DNA of 32,279 bases from Gemmatimonadota bacterium (lineage in GTDB: Bacteria > 4572-55 > J002). Of this stretch, positions 8,848 to 17,760 are shown piece after piece; position 1 is the stretch's first letter; every line of letters begins with the position of its first letter. The notes below the pieces were generated by a model that worked only from the letters and a program-made list of their open reading frames with translations, was not told where the DNA came from and ran no database searches. Position numbers and translations under genes: made by a program. The stretch lies in the NCBI GenBank assembly GCA_003697105.1, contig RFFQ01000105.1, positions 1 to 32,279 of the forward strand. Direction: 5' to 3'.

Positions 8848-10678
8848 CAGCAAGGGCGTATGCCGCCGTCATATTCAATTGTTCAGCTTCCAGATACCGT
8901 CCACCAAAGGCATGGAGCGCCCGTTCCGCGCGCAATTTATAGGTGGCGTCGTCGCTGAGACGGCTTAAGTCAACCAGTGCCATGGCGGCTTCCGCATTAT
9001 CGATCATATCCTTTTCTGGGTAGCGGAGCTCACCGATAGCATGTTGCGGTGGTTGGATGTCCACATAGCCACCGTAATTGGTCTTCCGAAAACGGCGCTC
9101 CATCTCCTCCGCAATTCGTTTGGCGATAGTGAGGTATCGCTTCCGCTCGCGACCCTCCGTAGATTGAGCGACATCCAACACTGCCCGCAGGAGATAGACA
9201 TGATCCGTAAATTGCGGGATTTGGGTGCAATTCCCAGACGTTAGCACGGTATGGCGCACCCCGTTTGCTTCATCAAATGCCGCATCAAGTACGAAGTCCA
9301 AAGTTGCCTGTGCGAACGCCGTACAATCGGGGCGCTCCAGAATGTCACCGGCGCGCTGGTAAGCAGAAATTAACCGGGCGTTTGTTTCGACAAAAAGGGT
9401 ACTATCCACGGGGGGCGCTTCCCGTTGGAGCCGGGCATCTAGTAGTTTGGTTGCCGCACTGAGCACTTGCTGAGATACCGTTTGCACATCGATATTCAGC
9501 GTTTTTGCAATCTCCTCATACGGGGACGCGATATAAAGCACGTTACGGTTGGGGACATCGGGCATTTCTCCTCGATTTTGAATATCAAAGTAGAGTTCCA
9601 CCGCCCGCATTTCTTCCGGCAGAAGCACTGCCGCCGCTTCGCCTCGCCGCCAGGTGTAATATTCGCCATTGTCCCGGTCGTTCCGGTCGGCGGCTTGGCT
9701 ACTGTAAAAGCCGGGCATGTTCCGGCGCGAGAGGGTCATCCCCAGATAACGTACCACGCCTTCCGCCACCGAACGGTATCGCTCATCGTGCAACAGCTCG
9801 CCGGCATCGCCATAGACACGCAACATCTGAGCATTGTGCCTACCCAACTTTTCAAATTCCGGTAAAATCCAATCTCGTCCGGAGCAATACCGGTGGAATC
9901 CTCCACCGAGATGATCATGGATACCGCCATCCGCCATCGCATCCAAGGTTTGACGGAGCATTTTAATGGCTTGGACATTTTTCGTCCGGTCATAGTATGC
10001 CAGCAAAAAGCGCAAAACATAAGGTTGGGTAAATTTGGGCTGGTCACCAAACCCCCCGTTCACCAGATCGAACTCGGAGCGAATTAGTTTGAACGTTTCC
10101 TCCATCACCGTTTCATCAAAATTTCCAAAACTACTTTGGAATTTGCGCCGCATTTGGGTGCGTTTGGCGCGGTATTCTGGGATTTTATCGTAGATCGCAT
10201 CCTTATCACGCTCATAACTTTGGGCAATTCGTTGTAATTCCCGTAGCATTTGCGTGGGGGGATAGTACGTCCCCCCGGCAAGAATCTCACCGGTCGGCGT
10301 TAAAAAGATGGTGGAAGGATAACCGCCCATATTGTAACGCCGGTTAACGTCCGGGTAACGGTCACTATCCACGTTCACGGCGATAAAATTCTGCTGAACA
10401 AACGCCGTGATCGTCGGGTCTGTGTAGGTGGTACTTTCCATGACCCGGCACCAGTGACTCCAGGTATTGGTGAGATGTAACAGGACGGGCTTATCTTCTT
10501 GCTTGGCATATTCAAAGGTGGAATCTGACCAATACCGCCAGGTAATCATCCCTTGTTCGGCAGTCACCTGTTTTTCACTGGTGGAGAAATTTGTCTGGTG
10601 GGAGGGTTGGTTCTGACACCCGCTAAACCAAAGCATGATTCCGAGGGTCATCCACCGTGTGAGTCGAAAGACGCTCAT
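8819..10678 (-). CDS. DUF255/YyaL (SPATA20-like) thioredoxin-domain plus alpha/alpha-barrel protein, predicted lipoprotein
   Basis: AKQEDKPVLL, WSHWCRVMES, GGYPSTIFLTP, GGFGDQPKF, GGIHDHLGGGFHRY, FEK motifs; lipobox FSGC at residues 18-21; 4-bp overlap with the rarA stop. Confidence 0.9.
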   Translation of the reverse strand: MSVFRLTRWMTLGIMLWFSGCQNQPSHQTNFSTSEKQVTAEQGMITWRYWSDSTFEYAKQEDKPVLLHLTNTWSHWCRVMESTTYTDPTITAFVQQNFIAVNVDSDRYPDVNRRYNMGGYPSTIFLTPTGEILAGGTYYPPTQMLRELQRIAQSYERDKDAIYDKIPEYRAKRTQMRRKFQSSFGNFDETVMEETFKLIRSEFDLVNGGFGDQPKFTQPYVLRFLLAYYDRTKNVQAIKMLRQTLDAMADGGIHDHLGGGFHRYCSGRDWILPEFEKLGRHNAQMLRVYGDAGELLHDERYRSVAEGVVRYLGMTLSRRNMPGFYSSQAADRNDRDNGEYYTWRRGEAAAVLLPEEMRAVELYFDIQNRGEMPDVPNRNVLYIASPYEEIAKTLNIDVQTVSQQVLSAATKLLDARLQREAPPVDSTLFVETNARLISAYQRAGDILERPDCTAFAQATLDFVLDAAFDEANGVRHTVLTSGNCTQIPQFTDHVYLLRAVLDVAQSTEGRERKRYLTIAKRIAEEMERRFRKTNYGGYVDIQPPQHAIGELRYPEKDMIDNAEAAMALVDLSRLSDDATYKLRAERALHAFGGRYLEAEQLNMTAAYALAVMYFLDGTN

Positions 10679-12018
10679 GGCTGTTCACCCCGTTTTTTCT
10701 GGCGTAATCGATTCCAATAATCGAGCCGTTTTTTGATTTCTCGCTCGAAACCACGCTCAATTGGGTGATAAATTGTTGTGCCATGTAGATTTTCTGGGAG
10801 ACAATCCATTGCAGTCACCCCGTCGGGATCATTATGAGCATATTGATAATCTTTGCCGTATTGAAGGTGCTTCATTAGCGTTGTGGGGGCATTCCGTAGA
10901 TGCAAAGGAACCGGTTGGGCGGAGGTTTCTAAGGCGAAACGCCGGGCACGATCATAGGCTTGATAAACGGAGTTGCTCTTGGGGGCCGTTGCGAGATAAA
11001 TAACCAATTGGGCGAGGGCATTATTTGCTTCCGGCATACCGATGAAGTGGGTTGCTTGCTGGACACTCACCGCCAATATCAGTGCTTGGGGGTCGGCATT
11101 GCCTATATCTTCTGAGGCAAACCGGATCAACCGGCGCACGATGTAAAGTGGCTCTTCTCCAGCTTCTAACATCCGTGCCAGCCAATACAATCCGGCATCG
11201 GGATCGCTGTTACGAAGACTTTTGTGCAAGGCAGAAATCAAGTTATAATGTTCTTCGCCGGTTTTGTCATAGAGCAATGTTTTCCGTTGAGCGGCATTTT
11301 GAACGTGGGCTAACGTCAATATTAATCGATTATCTTCGGTCGGTTTGGCGGTATTCAGCGCAATTTCCAGCAGATTAAGTGCGGTACGGGCATCCCCATT
11401 GGCAATTTGCACCATAAAATGAAGTGCCTTTTCTTCAATTTCAATGGACTGGGATCCAAATCCGTTTTTTTCATCGCGAATCGCACGTTCCACGATGGTT
11501 TGCAGGGCGGCTTCGTCCAGCATATTCAACGTAAACACCCGTAATCGGGAGAGCAACGCCGAATTGATTTCAAACGAGGGATTTTCGGTGGTTGCACCAA
11601 TAAGGGTGACCGTTCCTTGTTCCACATGGGGCAGGAGTGCATCCTGCTGCGCTTTGTTAAAGCGGTGAATCTCATCGATAAATAGAATCGTGCGCGTATT
11701 CGACATTTTTAGCCGTGCTTGAGCCGCTGCCACAATTTCCCGGATGTCTTTCACACCTCCTAGTACGGCACTGAACGGTATAAAAACGCTTTCGGTAACA
11801 TTGGCGATAATATGGGCGAGGGTTGTTTTGCCGGTGCCTGGTGGTCCCCAAAAGATCATTGAACTGATATTATCCTGATCGATCATCTGGCGTAAAACGT
11901 TGCCGGGACCTAACAGATGATCCTGACCGACAATATCGTCTAAGCAGTGGGGTCGCATTCGATCTGCTAACGGTTTCACCAACGGATGGTCTTCGGAACG
12001 CCGGTCGAAAAAATCCAT
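10675..12018 (-). CDS. rarA: Replication-associated recombination protein A (MgsA/RarA AAA+ ATPase)
   Basis: PLADRMRP, Walker [10 protein letters not shown], Walker [25 protein letters not shown]-terminal [10 protein letters not shown] and PKSN. Confidence 0.97.
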   Translation of the reverse strand: MDFFDRRSEDHPLVKPLADRMRPHCLDDIVGQDHLLGPGNVLRQMIDQDNISSMIFWGPPGTGKTTLAHIIANVTESVFIPFSAVLGGVKDIREIVAAAQARLKMSNTRTILFIDEIHRFNKAQQDALLPHVEQGTVTLIGATTENPSFEINSALLSRLRVFTLNMLDEAALQTIVERAIRDEKNGFGSQSIEIEEKALHFMVQIANGDARTALNLLEIALNTAKPTEDNRLILTLAHVQNAAQRKTLLYDKTGEEHYNLISALHKSLRNSDPDAGLYWLARMLEAGEEPLYIVRRLIRFASEDIGNADPQALILAVSVQQATHFIGMPEANNALAQLVIYLATAPKSNSVYQAYDRARRFALETSAQPVPLHLRNAPTTLMKHLQYGKDYQYAHNDPDGVTAMDCLPENLHGTTIYHPIERGFEREIKKRLDYWNRLRQKKRGEQP

Positions 12019-12126
12019 GACAACACCTTTGGTTGGAAGTCAATTAGGGGGTTGCATTTCCTCAAAAAATACCATAGTATGAGGCAATTGTCAATTTCTT
12101 ATCCCTAAATGTGGAGACGGAGCAAA

Positions 12127-12651
12127 ATGAATATCAAACTGTTTGTGATGGATGTGGACGGGGTGCTGAGCGATGGTATTTACATTGGCGAGAACGTGAG
12201 CACTGGGGGAAAAATTGAATTCAAACGCTTTAGCCCCAAAGATGGACAAGCGATTAAAATGATGGCAGATGCCGGTATTGAAGTGGCGATCATCTCAGCT
12301 CGACGCTCTCAAGCCGTCGAACAGCGTGCCCGAGAATTGAAAATTGCCCATGTATATTTGGGTGTCGAAGATAAGCGCCACAAATTAAACCAGCTAATGG
12401 CAGAACTGAATGTTTCAAAAGATGAAACCGCCTATGTCGGGGATGATTTCGGGGATTTACGGGCAATGCAAATTGCCGGAATACCCGTTGCCCCCGCAGA
12501 TGCCGCCGCAGAAGCAAAATTAATTGCGGAAAGCAACCCCAATGGCTTTGTAACCCACGCCCCCGGCGGTCATGGCGCCGTACGAGAAGCCATCGAACGT
12601 ATCCTGCGCGATATGGGCATCTGGACACAGGTGATCGCCAAATGGATGTGA
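12127..12651 (+). CDS. kdsC: KDO 8-phosphate phosphatase-like HAD hydrolase (KdsC/YrbI family)
   Basis: MDVDGVLSDG, KRF..KDG, YVGDDFGD, GGHGAVREAIE; start ATG 12127 follows GGAG. Confidence 0.85.
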   Translation: MNIKLFVMDVDGVLSDGIYIGENVSTGGKIEFKRFSPKDGQAIKMMADAGIEVAIISARRSQAVEQRARELKIAHVYLGVEDKRHKLNQLMAELNVSKDETAYVGDDFGDLRAMQIAGIPVAPADAAAEAKLIAESNPNGFVTHAPGGHGAVREAIERILRDMGIWTQVIAKWM

Positions 12652-12683
12652 TAGCATGGTTGGCAATGAATAATGATCATTAG

Positions 12684-13988
12684 CTAATTGCCCACGGTAA
12701 ACGGTTCATCCATCAGTTTTTTGACGTCCACAAGAGCCAGTAGTATGAAGCCAATAATGAAAAAGGCAAGTAAAGCTAAAATTGCCGGACGGGATGAGCC
12801 GGTCATTTGCCGCACCACCCCAAACATGAACATCCCGAAGATACCGGAAAATTTGCTGAAGACGGAGTAAAAGCCGTAAAATTCGCCAGCGGCTTCTACC
12901 GGAATGATGGCACCATAAAGTGAACGGCTTAGAGATGCCGTACCACCCATTACCACACCGACAATAACGCCTAATACCATAAAACCGGCGGCATTCTGGA
13001 GATAATATGCATAAACCAGTACACCGCACCAGACCACTAGGGAGATCATCAACGCCGATTTTGCCGAGATTTTCTCACCGAGCCAACCAAAAAAGAAGGC
13101 GCCCCCAAATGCCACAAACTGGATGATCAGCAATGTCACCATGAGGACGGTCGTACTTAAGCCCAACTCGGCGCCGCCGTAAATGGTCGCCATCTTGATG
13201 ACGGTCTGTAAGCCGTCATTGTAAATCATGTAAGCGAATAAAAAAAGAACCAAATGCTTGAAATTTTTAAGCTTACATATAGTTTGCCATGTTCGCTGGA
13301 TGCCAATCTTCAGGTAAGAGAGTTTTGATTCCAAATCCGGCGGGCGTGTTTTCACCGCGGAGGATTCTTTCAACAGCACCACGGTGAACAGCGAAAATCC
13401 AGCCCACCAGAGCGCGGCAGTCAACATCGCAATTTGTGAAGCAAGGGTCTGCGAGATACCGATTTTGGCGTGGAGCGAAATCAGCGCCAGCGAACCGGCA
13501 AAGTGCAACCCCCCGCCCAAATATCCGAAGGCGTATCCTTTACCGGAAACCCAATCTAACTTATCTTCAGAAGCAATTTGGGGGAGAAAAGCATCGTAAA
13601 AGACGTTTGCACCCACAAAGCCCACTTGCGAGAGAAAGTAGAAGACTAACGTCATCCACACATCCCCGCTATTGCAAAAAAAGAGCAATGCCGCAAAAAG
13701 ACTGCCCCCGTAGCAGAATGCCATCAAAAAGCGTTTTTTGGAAGCGGAAAAGTCGGAAATAGCGCCCAAAATGGGTGCTAGCAGAAAAATCACCAACGTG
13801 GCGGCGCTGTTGGCAAATCCCCACAGGCTTTCAGCGGCATAATAATGCCGACCAATCAATACACCCGCCGGGGGAACCACCACTTTCAGAAAAAAAATGG
13901 GCAAAATCGCCACCGCTGTTGTGGTGATGTAGGCGGAATTTGCCCAGTCATACATTGCCCAGCCAAATATCTGTTTTTTATCGTTCAT
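12684..13988 (-). CDS. MFS transporter, UMF1/Atg22-like family
   Basis: GWAMYDWANSAY, PILGAISD, NVFYDAFLP, SGKGYAFGYLGG, SRSLY, GEFYGFY; about 12 hydrophobic segments. Confidence 0.92.
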   Translation of the reverse strand: MNDKKQIFGWAMYDWANSAYITTTAVAILPIFFLKVVVPPAGVLIGRHYYAAESLWGFANSAATLVIFLLAPILGAISDFSASKKRFLMAFCYGGSLFAALLFFCNSGDVWMTLVFYFLSQVGFVGANVFYDAFLPQIASEDKLDWVSGKGYAFGYLGGGLHFAGSLALISLHAKIGISQTLASQIAMLTAALWWAGFSLFTVVLLKESSAVKTRPPDLESKLSYLKIGIQRTWQTICKLKNFKHLVLFLFAYMIYNDGLQTVIKMATIYGGAELGLSTTVLMVTLLIIQFVAFGGAFFFGWLGEKISAKSALMISLVVWCGVLVYAYYLQNAAGFMVLGVIVGVVMGGTASLSRSLYGAIIPVEAAGEFYGFYSVFSKFSGIFGMFMFGVVRQMTGSSRPAILALLAFFIIGFILLALVDVKKLMDEPFTVGN

Positions 13989-14161
13989 CAGCAGTGTGAG
14001 GTATGGAATTGGGGTTTAGGTAGCTTTGTTGCTGGCGAGTGCAGGCATGTAGGGCTGGGGGATGCCATTCTATGCCGTGGCATAGGTTGATGTAGTACCA
14101 TCCAAGCCAGAAAGACTCATTGTGAACGTGACGGGTTTCGGTGTAAAAACGCATGGAGGGT

Positions 14162-14938
14162 TTAAAGAAGATCGATCAAATCGGCGATAGAATTGATAAC
14201 TAAATCCGGTGAAACGGTAGATTTGCTGACGATATCCTCCCGATATTTACCGGTTTTAACCAGAATACCTTCAATGCTGACACCTTGCGCCCCGCGAATA
14301 TCCGTTTCAATGTCATCACCAATCATGACCACTTGATGCGGTGGCAGCCCTAAATCCTCCAAAGCTGTGCGGAAGAACCGGGGTGCGGGTTTACCAAAAA
14401 TGGTAGCATTTTTATCGGCAGCAAATTCCAATAAGGCGACATACGCCCCAGCATCCAGACAAAGCCCATCGGCACGCCGCCAATACCGGTTTTTTTGGAA
14501 TGCCAGAAGTTCAGCACCGTTCATCAAGCACCGGAATGCTGTGTTGAGCCGCTCATAAGTAAACGCTTCGCCTAAATCGCCTACAACCACGTATGTGGGG
14601 TGCTCATCCTCTTGGCGGATACCGGCAAAATCTGGCAGAAGGGCTTCATTCATCACAAAATGAGCCGAAGCCTCCGGCTGTTGTTGGAGGTGATGCAAGG
14701 CGGCATACGGCGCACTAATAATTTCGTGTTTTTCAATGGGGAAACCCATCCCGGTCAGTTCCGCATGGAGCATATCGCGGGTTTTCCGGGTGGTATTGGT
14801 CAAAAATCGTAAGGCAAACCCTTCTTCGCGCATGGCAGTGATACACTCCACGGCGCCTGCAATGGGCTGCTGATCGATGTAAAGAACACCGTCAATATCG
14901 ATTAGAAATCCAGAAATTAGCTCAAACATCTCACTCAT
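14162..14938 (-). CDS. HAD subfamily IIA hydrolase, LHPP/HDHD2-like (TIGR01458-type)
   Basis: LIDIDGVLY, FLTNTT, VVVGDLGEAFTYERLNTAFRCL, KNRYW...DGLCLDAG, GKP, MIGDDIETD, LVKTGKYR. Confidence 0.9.
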   Translation of the reverse strand: MSEMFELISGFLIDIDGVLYIDQQPIAGAVECITAMREEGFALRFLTNTTRKTRDMLHAELTGMGFPIEKHEIISAPYAALHHLQQQPEASAHFVMNEALLPDFAGIRQEDEHPTYVVVGDLGEAFTYERLNTAFRCLMNGAELLAFQKNRYWRRADGLCLDAGAYVALLEFAADKNATIFGKPAPRFFRTALEDLGLPPHQVVMIGDDIETDIRGAQGVSIEGILVKTGKYREDIVSKSTVSPDLVINSIADLIDLL

Positions 14939-15350
14939 GGGGTAGATCGATCCCTTCTGACAATGGGTGGTACTGGGTGTAAACGCCGGGAAATTCTAAA
15001 ATACCAACGTATTCAAATATCGGATAGACTTTGCTTTCCCGGTTCAAAACCAGCAACATGGAGGCTTCCTGACGGTGCAACTTTTGGGCAATTTGGGCAA
15101 TGTGCCCCACCCCGACGGAGTTAATATATCCCAGATCGTAAAAATCCAGCACAACCGTTTCACCGGCTTTAACTTTACCGATCCAATCCCCGGCGGGGTT
15201 CGCGATACCGGTAAAAACGGTATCCGCATTAAGCGAATGCAACTCGCCTTTGAACGTGAAGACCACCGCGGTGGGGTATTCCTCCGGCATAACAACTCCA
15301 ACGGTAAGGTCTTCCAAACGGGTGGTTTCCAGTGGTTTTAGTTCCCGCAT
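14931..15350 (-). CDS. STAS-domain anti-sigma-factor antagonist
   Basis: FKGEL...VVLDFYDLGYINSVGVG with the conserved phosphorylatable Ser. ATG 15350 has an AAGGGGA RBS; the alternative start is 15389. Confidence 0.8.
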   Translation of the reverse strand: MRELKPLETTRLEDLTVGVVMPEEYPTAVVFTFKGELHSLNADTVFTGIANPAGDWIGKVKAGETVVLDFYDLGYINSVGVGHIAQIAQKLHRQEASMLLVLNRESKVYPIFEYVGILEFPGVYTQYHPLSEGIDLPHE

Positions 15351-15395
15351 AAGGTTATCCCCTTTCCCAACGATACGTAAGCGTTTCATTACGGC

Positions 15396-15424
15396 ACTAT
15401 ACCATATCCGCAGGGGGTTGGCAA
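15396..15424 (-). promoter_or_regulatory. Sigma70-type promoter for the STAS-HAD(-MFS) unit
   Basis: TTGCCA, 17 bp, TATAGT, with an extended -10 TG. Confidence 0.65.
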
Positions 15425-15439
15425 GAAAAAAGTCGGCGG

Positions 15440-16819
15440 TTACGGTTTACGTGCCGGTACGGGGAGAAACTTCCATTCCAGAGGGGTTTTTAACGGATTT
15501 CCGGAGAGGTCACAGGCGGTACTGTCCAAGGTGGCGGTGTATTGCACGACCCATTGGAGATATTCCTCGGGTTGAAACCGCAAAATCAGCGGTGTTTCCC
15601 AGTGGAATTTCCCCGGAATAGGCGTATTGCGGGCGGTTTCCTTCAGAGAAAACGCCGCTTCTACCCGGGAGGAATCGACCCATTCGTCAAACGCCACTTC
15701 AACGGTAATATCGATAGCCGCCGGGGTGGCATGAGGGGGTGGAAAAACGCGGACCACCGTGGGAGGGAGCGTGTCGGGTAGGGTTGTGCCCTGAAAACGA
15801 AATCCCCCTGCGGGTAGGTACAATGTATTTCCGGCTAAATCAGTGAGGGTGGTATCCGCAAAAAAAGCATACGTCGTATCCTGCTGCGGTGCGGTCAAAA
15901 AGCGCAGTTGGGTGCGCTTAGGCGGGGATTCCGCCCGGTTATGGAGAAGATACATATCCAGCAACGGTAGTTGCACCCCCAAGGTATCCGTCAGGGTGAA
16001 GGCATGTAGGCTGAGTAGTGAGTCCGCTTGCAATTGCTCGCTGAATTCGACGGTAATCATGCGGTGATGTTCCGCTCGAATCGTGCGGATGTAGGGGTGC
16101 GCGGTATCCGTGATTGCCAATTTAAGCGGTATCCCCGACACCACCGGTTGGTCTGCGGTCAGATGGAGGTCAAGCTCCGTGCCGGCATCAACCCCCCTAT
16201 CAAACACATCATTACGGTTCAAATCTTTAAATATTTCAACGTGATATTGCCCCAAGCGCAGGTAATTCAATTCAAATGTACCGTCTCGCGTGCTTTTGGT
16301 CTGGTAAAGGGGTTCTTCTGTCGAATCGGCTACATCAAACAGCCGGATAGTGGCGGCATTGATGTACCGTTCTTCGCCGAGCAACTTCCCTGAAATACGT
16401 CCGTTATCAAGGATATCGCCGGTAGAAAAGGCGAAGGTAAACACAGAATCTTGACGGACGTTGTGCCGGTCTCGGTAGCCGCTGAGGGTGACGACGTAGG
16501 TTTGATCTTCTCGGAGGGGGGATTTGGGCTGGAGGATATAGGTTGTGCCCATTGTTTCGAGCGTTAATTTACCAAGAGGCGGGGTCGCTTTGATGGCAGG
16601 CAAGATCGATTTGGTACTCAGTTTTTCGCTGAAGGTGATCTCAATTTCCGGCTGGCGCACTACATTACAAGTACCGGGTTTTGGCGAAATATCAATAATC
16701 GTCGGGGGGGTTTCATCCGCCGGACCACCGGGAGGCGCCGCCATACGGGCACAACTGGCCGCCAGTACCACGAGAATACCGGAGAGGAACAGCCGGAGCA
16801 TAAGCGATTCCCATCGCAT
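15440..16819 (-). CDS. Ig-like (Big_5) domain lipoprotein
   Basis: Lipobox LAASC followed by ARMAAPPGGPADETPP; Big_5 motifs IEITFSE, DLAGN, DLSGNPL...WKF; a carboxypeptidase-regulatory-like middle domain. Confidence 0.85.
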   Translation of the reverse strand: MRWESLMLRLFLSGILVVLAASCARMAAPPGGPADETPPTIIDISPKPGTCNVVRQPEIEITFSEKLSTKSILPAIKATPPLGKLTLETMGTTYILQPKSPLREDQTYVVTLSGYRDRHNVRQDSVFTFAFSTGDILDNGRISGKLLGEERYINAATIRLFDVADSTEEPLYQTKSTRDGTFELNYLRLGQYHVEIFKDLNRNDVFDRGVDAGTELDLHLTADQPVVSGIPLKLAITDTAHPYIRTIRAEHHRMITVEFSEQLQADSLLSLHAFTLTDTLGVQLPLLDMYLLHNRAESPPKRTQLRFLTAPQQDTTYAFFADTTLTDLAGNTLYLPAGGFRFQGTTLPDTLPPTVVRVFPPPHATPAAIDITVEVAFDEWVDSSRVEAAFSLKETARNTPIPGKFHWETPLILRFQPEEYLQWVVQYTATLDSTACDLSGNPLKTPLEWKFLPVPARKP

Positions 16820-16823
16820 GACC

Positions 16824-17294
16824 TTAACGACCCTTTAAGCGCTGTTCGTGGGTTTGAAGAATCTCAAATGCTTTCTCCGCGGTGGAAGCTTCCACCAGTT
16901 TTTGATAAAATTCAGGGGTTTCGACTAAACGGGCAATTTGCGCCATTGCCGCAATATGCTCGCTCACATTTTGAAGGGGAGAAACTAGCAAAAATACCAA
17001 ATGTACGGGATTGCCGTCTTTCGCTTGGTAATCAAACCCTTTTTTAGAAATACCGAGGGAGCCAACCAATTTATTGACCAGATTCGTCCGGGCGTGCGGA
17101 ATGGCGACTCCGGGTGAAATGGCAGTATTCATCTTGATCTCGCGGGCTTCAATCTCCTCTAAAATCCGTTGGGGATTTTCAATCCGTTTGGTATCGGCTA
17201 ATCGTTGAACGAGTACCTGAAACACTTCTTTTTTTTGGCGAGTGCGAAGATTGGCATCAATCACATCAACATCAAACAACTGGGTAAGCAACAT
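16824..17294 (-). CDS. ptsN: PTS IIA component (fructose/nitrogen-regulatory type), stand-alone
   Basis: ARE...NTAISPGVAIPHAR with the phospho-His; DGNPVHLVFLLVSP; H...MAQIARL. Confidence 0.85.
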   Translation of the reverse strand: MLLTQLFDVDVIDANLRTRQKKEVFQVLVQRLADTKRIENPQRILEEIEAREIKMNTAISPGVAIPHARTNLVNKLVGSLGISKKGFDYQAKDGNPVHLVFLLVSPLQNVSEHIAAMAQIARLVETPEFYQKLVEASTAEKAFEILQTHEQRLKGR

Positions 17295-17357
17295 AGGTTT
17301 TCTTTCCGTTTGTAAAATCCTTCAAAATCAGAACATTGTCCAAGTATAAAGGTGACC

Positions 17358-17386
17358 ACACTACGTGAAAACAAAGAGTCTGTCAA
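17358..17386 (-). promoter_or_regulatory. Sigma70-type promoter for the PTS IIA and Ig-lipoprotein genes
   Basis: TTGACA (17386-17381), 17 bp, TAGTGT (17363-17358). Confidence 0.6.
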
Positions 17387-17457
17387 GATTTTTTTAGTTT
17401 CGGATGCCTCACACGATGCTAACAAAACCCCTCCATATTACCGCTAAAGATTAATTG

Positions 17458-17486
17458 TTGACAGGTATCGAATCATGTTATAGAGT
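17458..17486 (+). promoter_or_regulatory. Sigma70-type promoter for the large secreted protein
   Basis: TTGACA (17458-17463), 17 bp, TAGAGT (17481-17486); implies a ~270-nt leader. Confidence 0.65.
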
Positions 17487-17598
17487 GAATACCTTACCAG
17501 AATGAATGGTGTTGGACGGATGTAAATCTATTTGATTTTTTCGTTGGATTTCAATGGGAAGGAAGTCGCATAATGTATAGTTTGGGAGTGGTGTTCCC

Positions 17599-17691
17599 AT
17601 GGGTTCGGATGTACTTCTATCGATTACCAACCCCAACGTTCCATGTGATGCGGCAGATGGTGTTGCTCCAGTAACATTTAATTCGGTGTAA
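17599..17691 (+). CDS. Possible 30-aa leader peptide (uORF)
   Basis: GGGAG at 17584-17588, then ATG...TAA giving MGSDVLLSITNPNVPCDAADGVAPVTFNSV. The stop lies 2 nt before the leader hairpin. Confidence 0.25.
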   Translation: MGSDVLLSITNPNVPCDAADGVAPVTFNSV

Positions 17692-17693
17692 AC

Positions 17694-17736
17694 AGACCTT
17701 TCGAGATTAGACGTTCGCGAGAGGTTTTCTTTTTTT
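17694..17736 (+). terminator. Terminator-like hairpin in the 5' leader (attenuator candidate)
   Basis: AGACCTTTCGAGA-ttagacgt-TCGCGAGAGGTTT stem (12 of 13 paired, counting G-U) followed by TCTTTTTTT, just upstream of the AGGAGG RBS. Confidence 0.55.
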
Positions 17737-17760
17737 CACTCAATGTATTTAGGAGGTTTT

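Noticed and set aside
10448-10462. Possible selenocysteine in the YyaL thioredoxin motif
   Set aside because: The codon at the first Cys position is AGT (Ser), not TGA.
17487-17740. Known riboswitch or tRNA in the long leader
   Set aside because: No recognisable consensus by eye; kept only as an unknown candidate.
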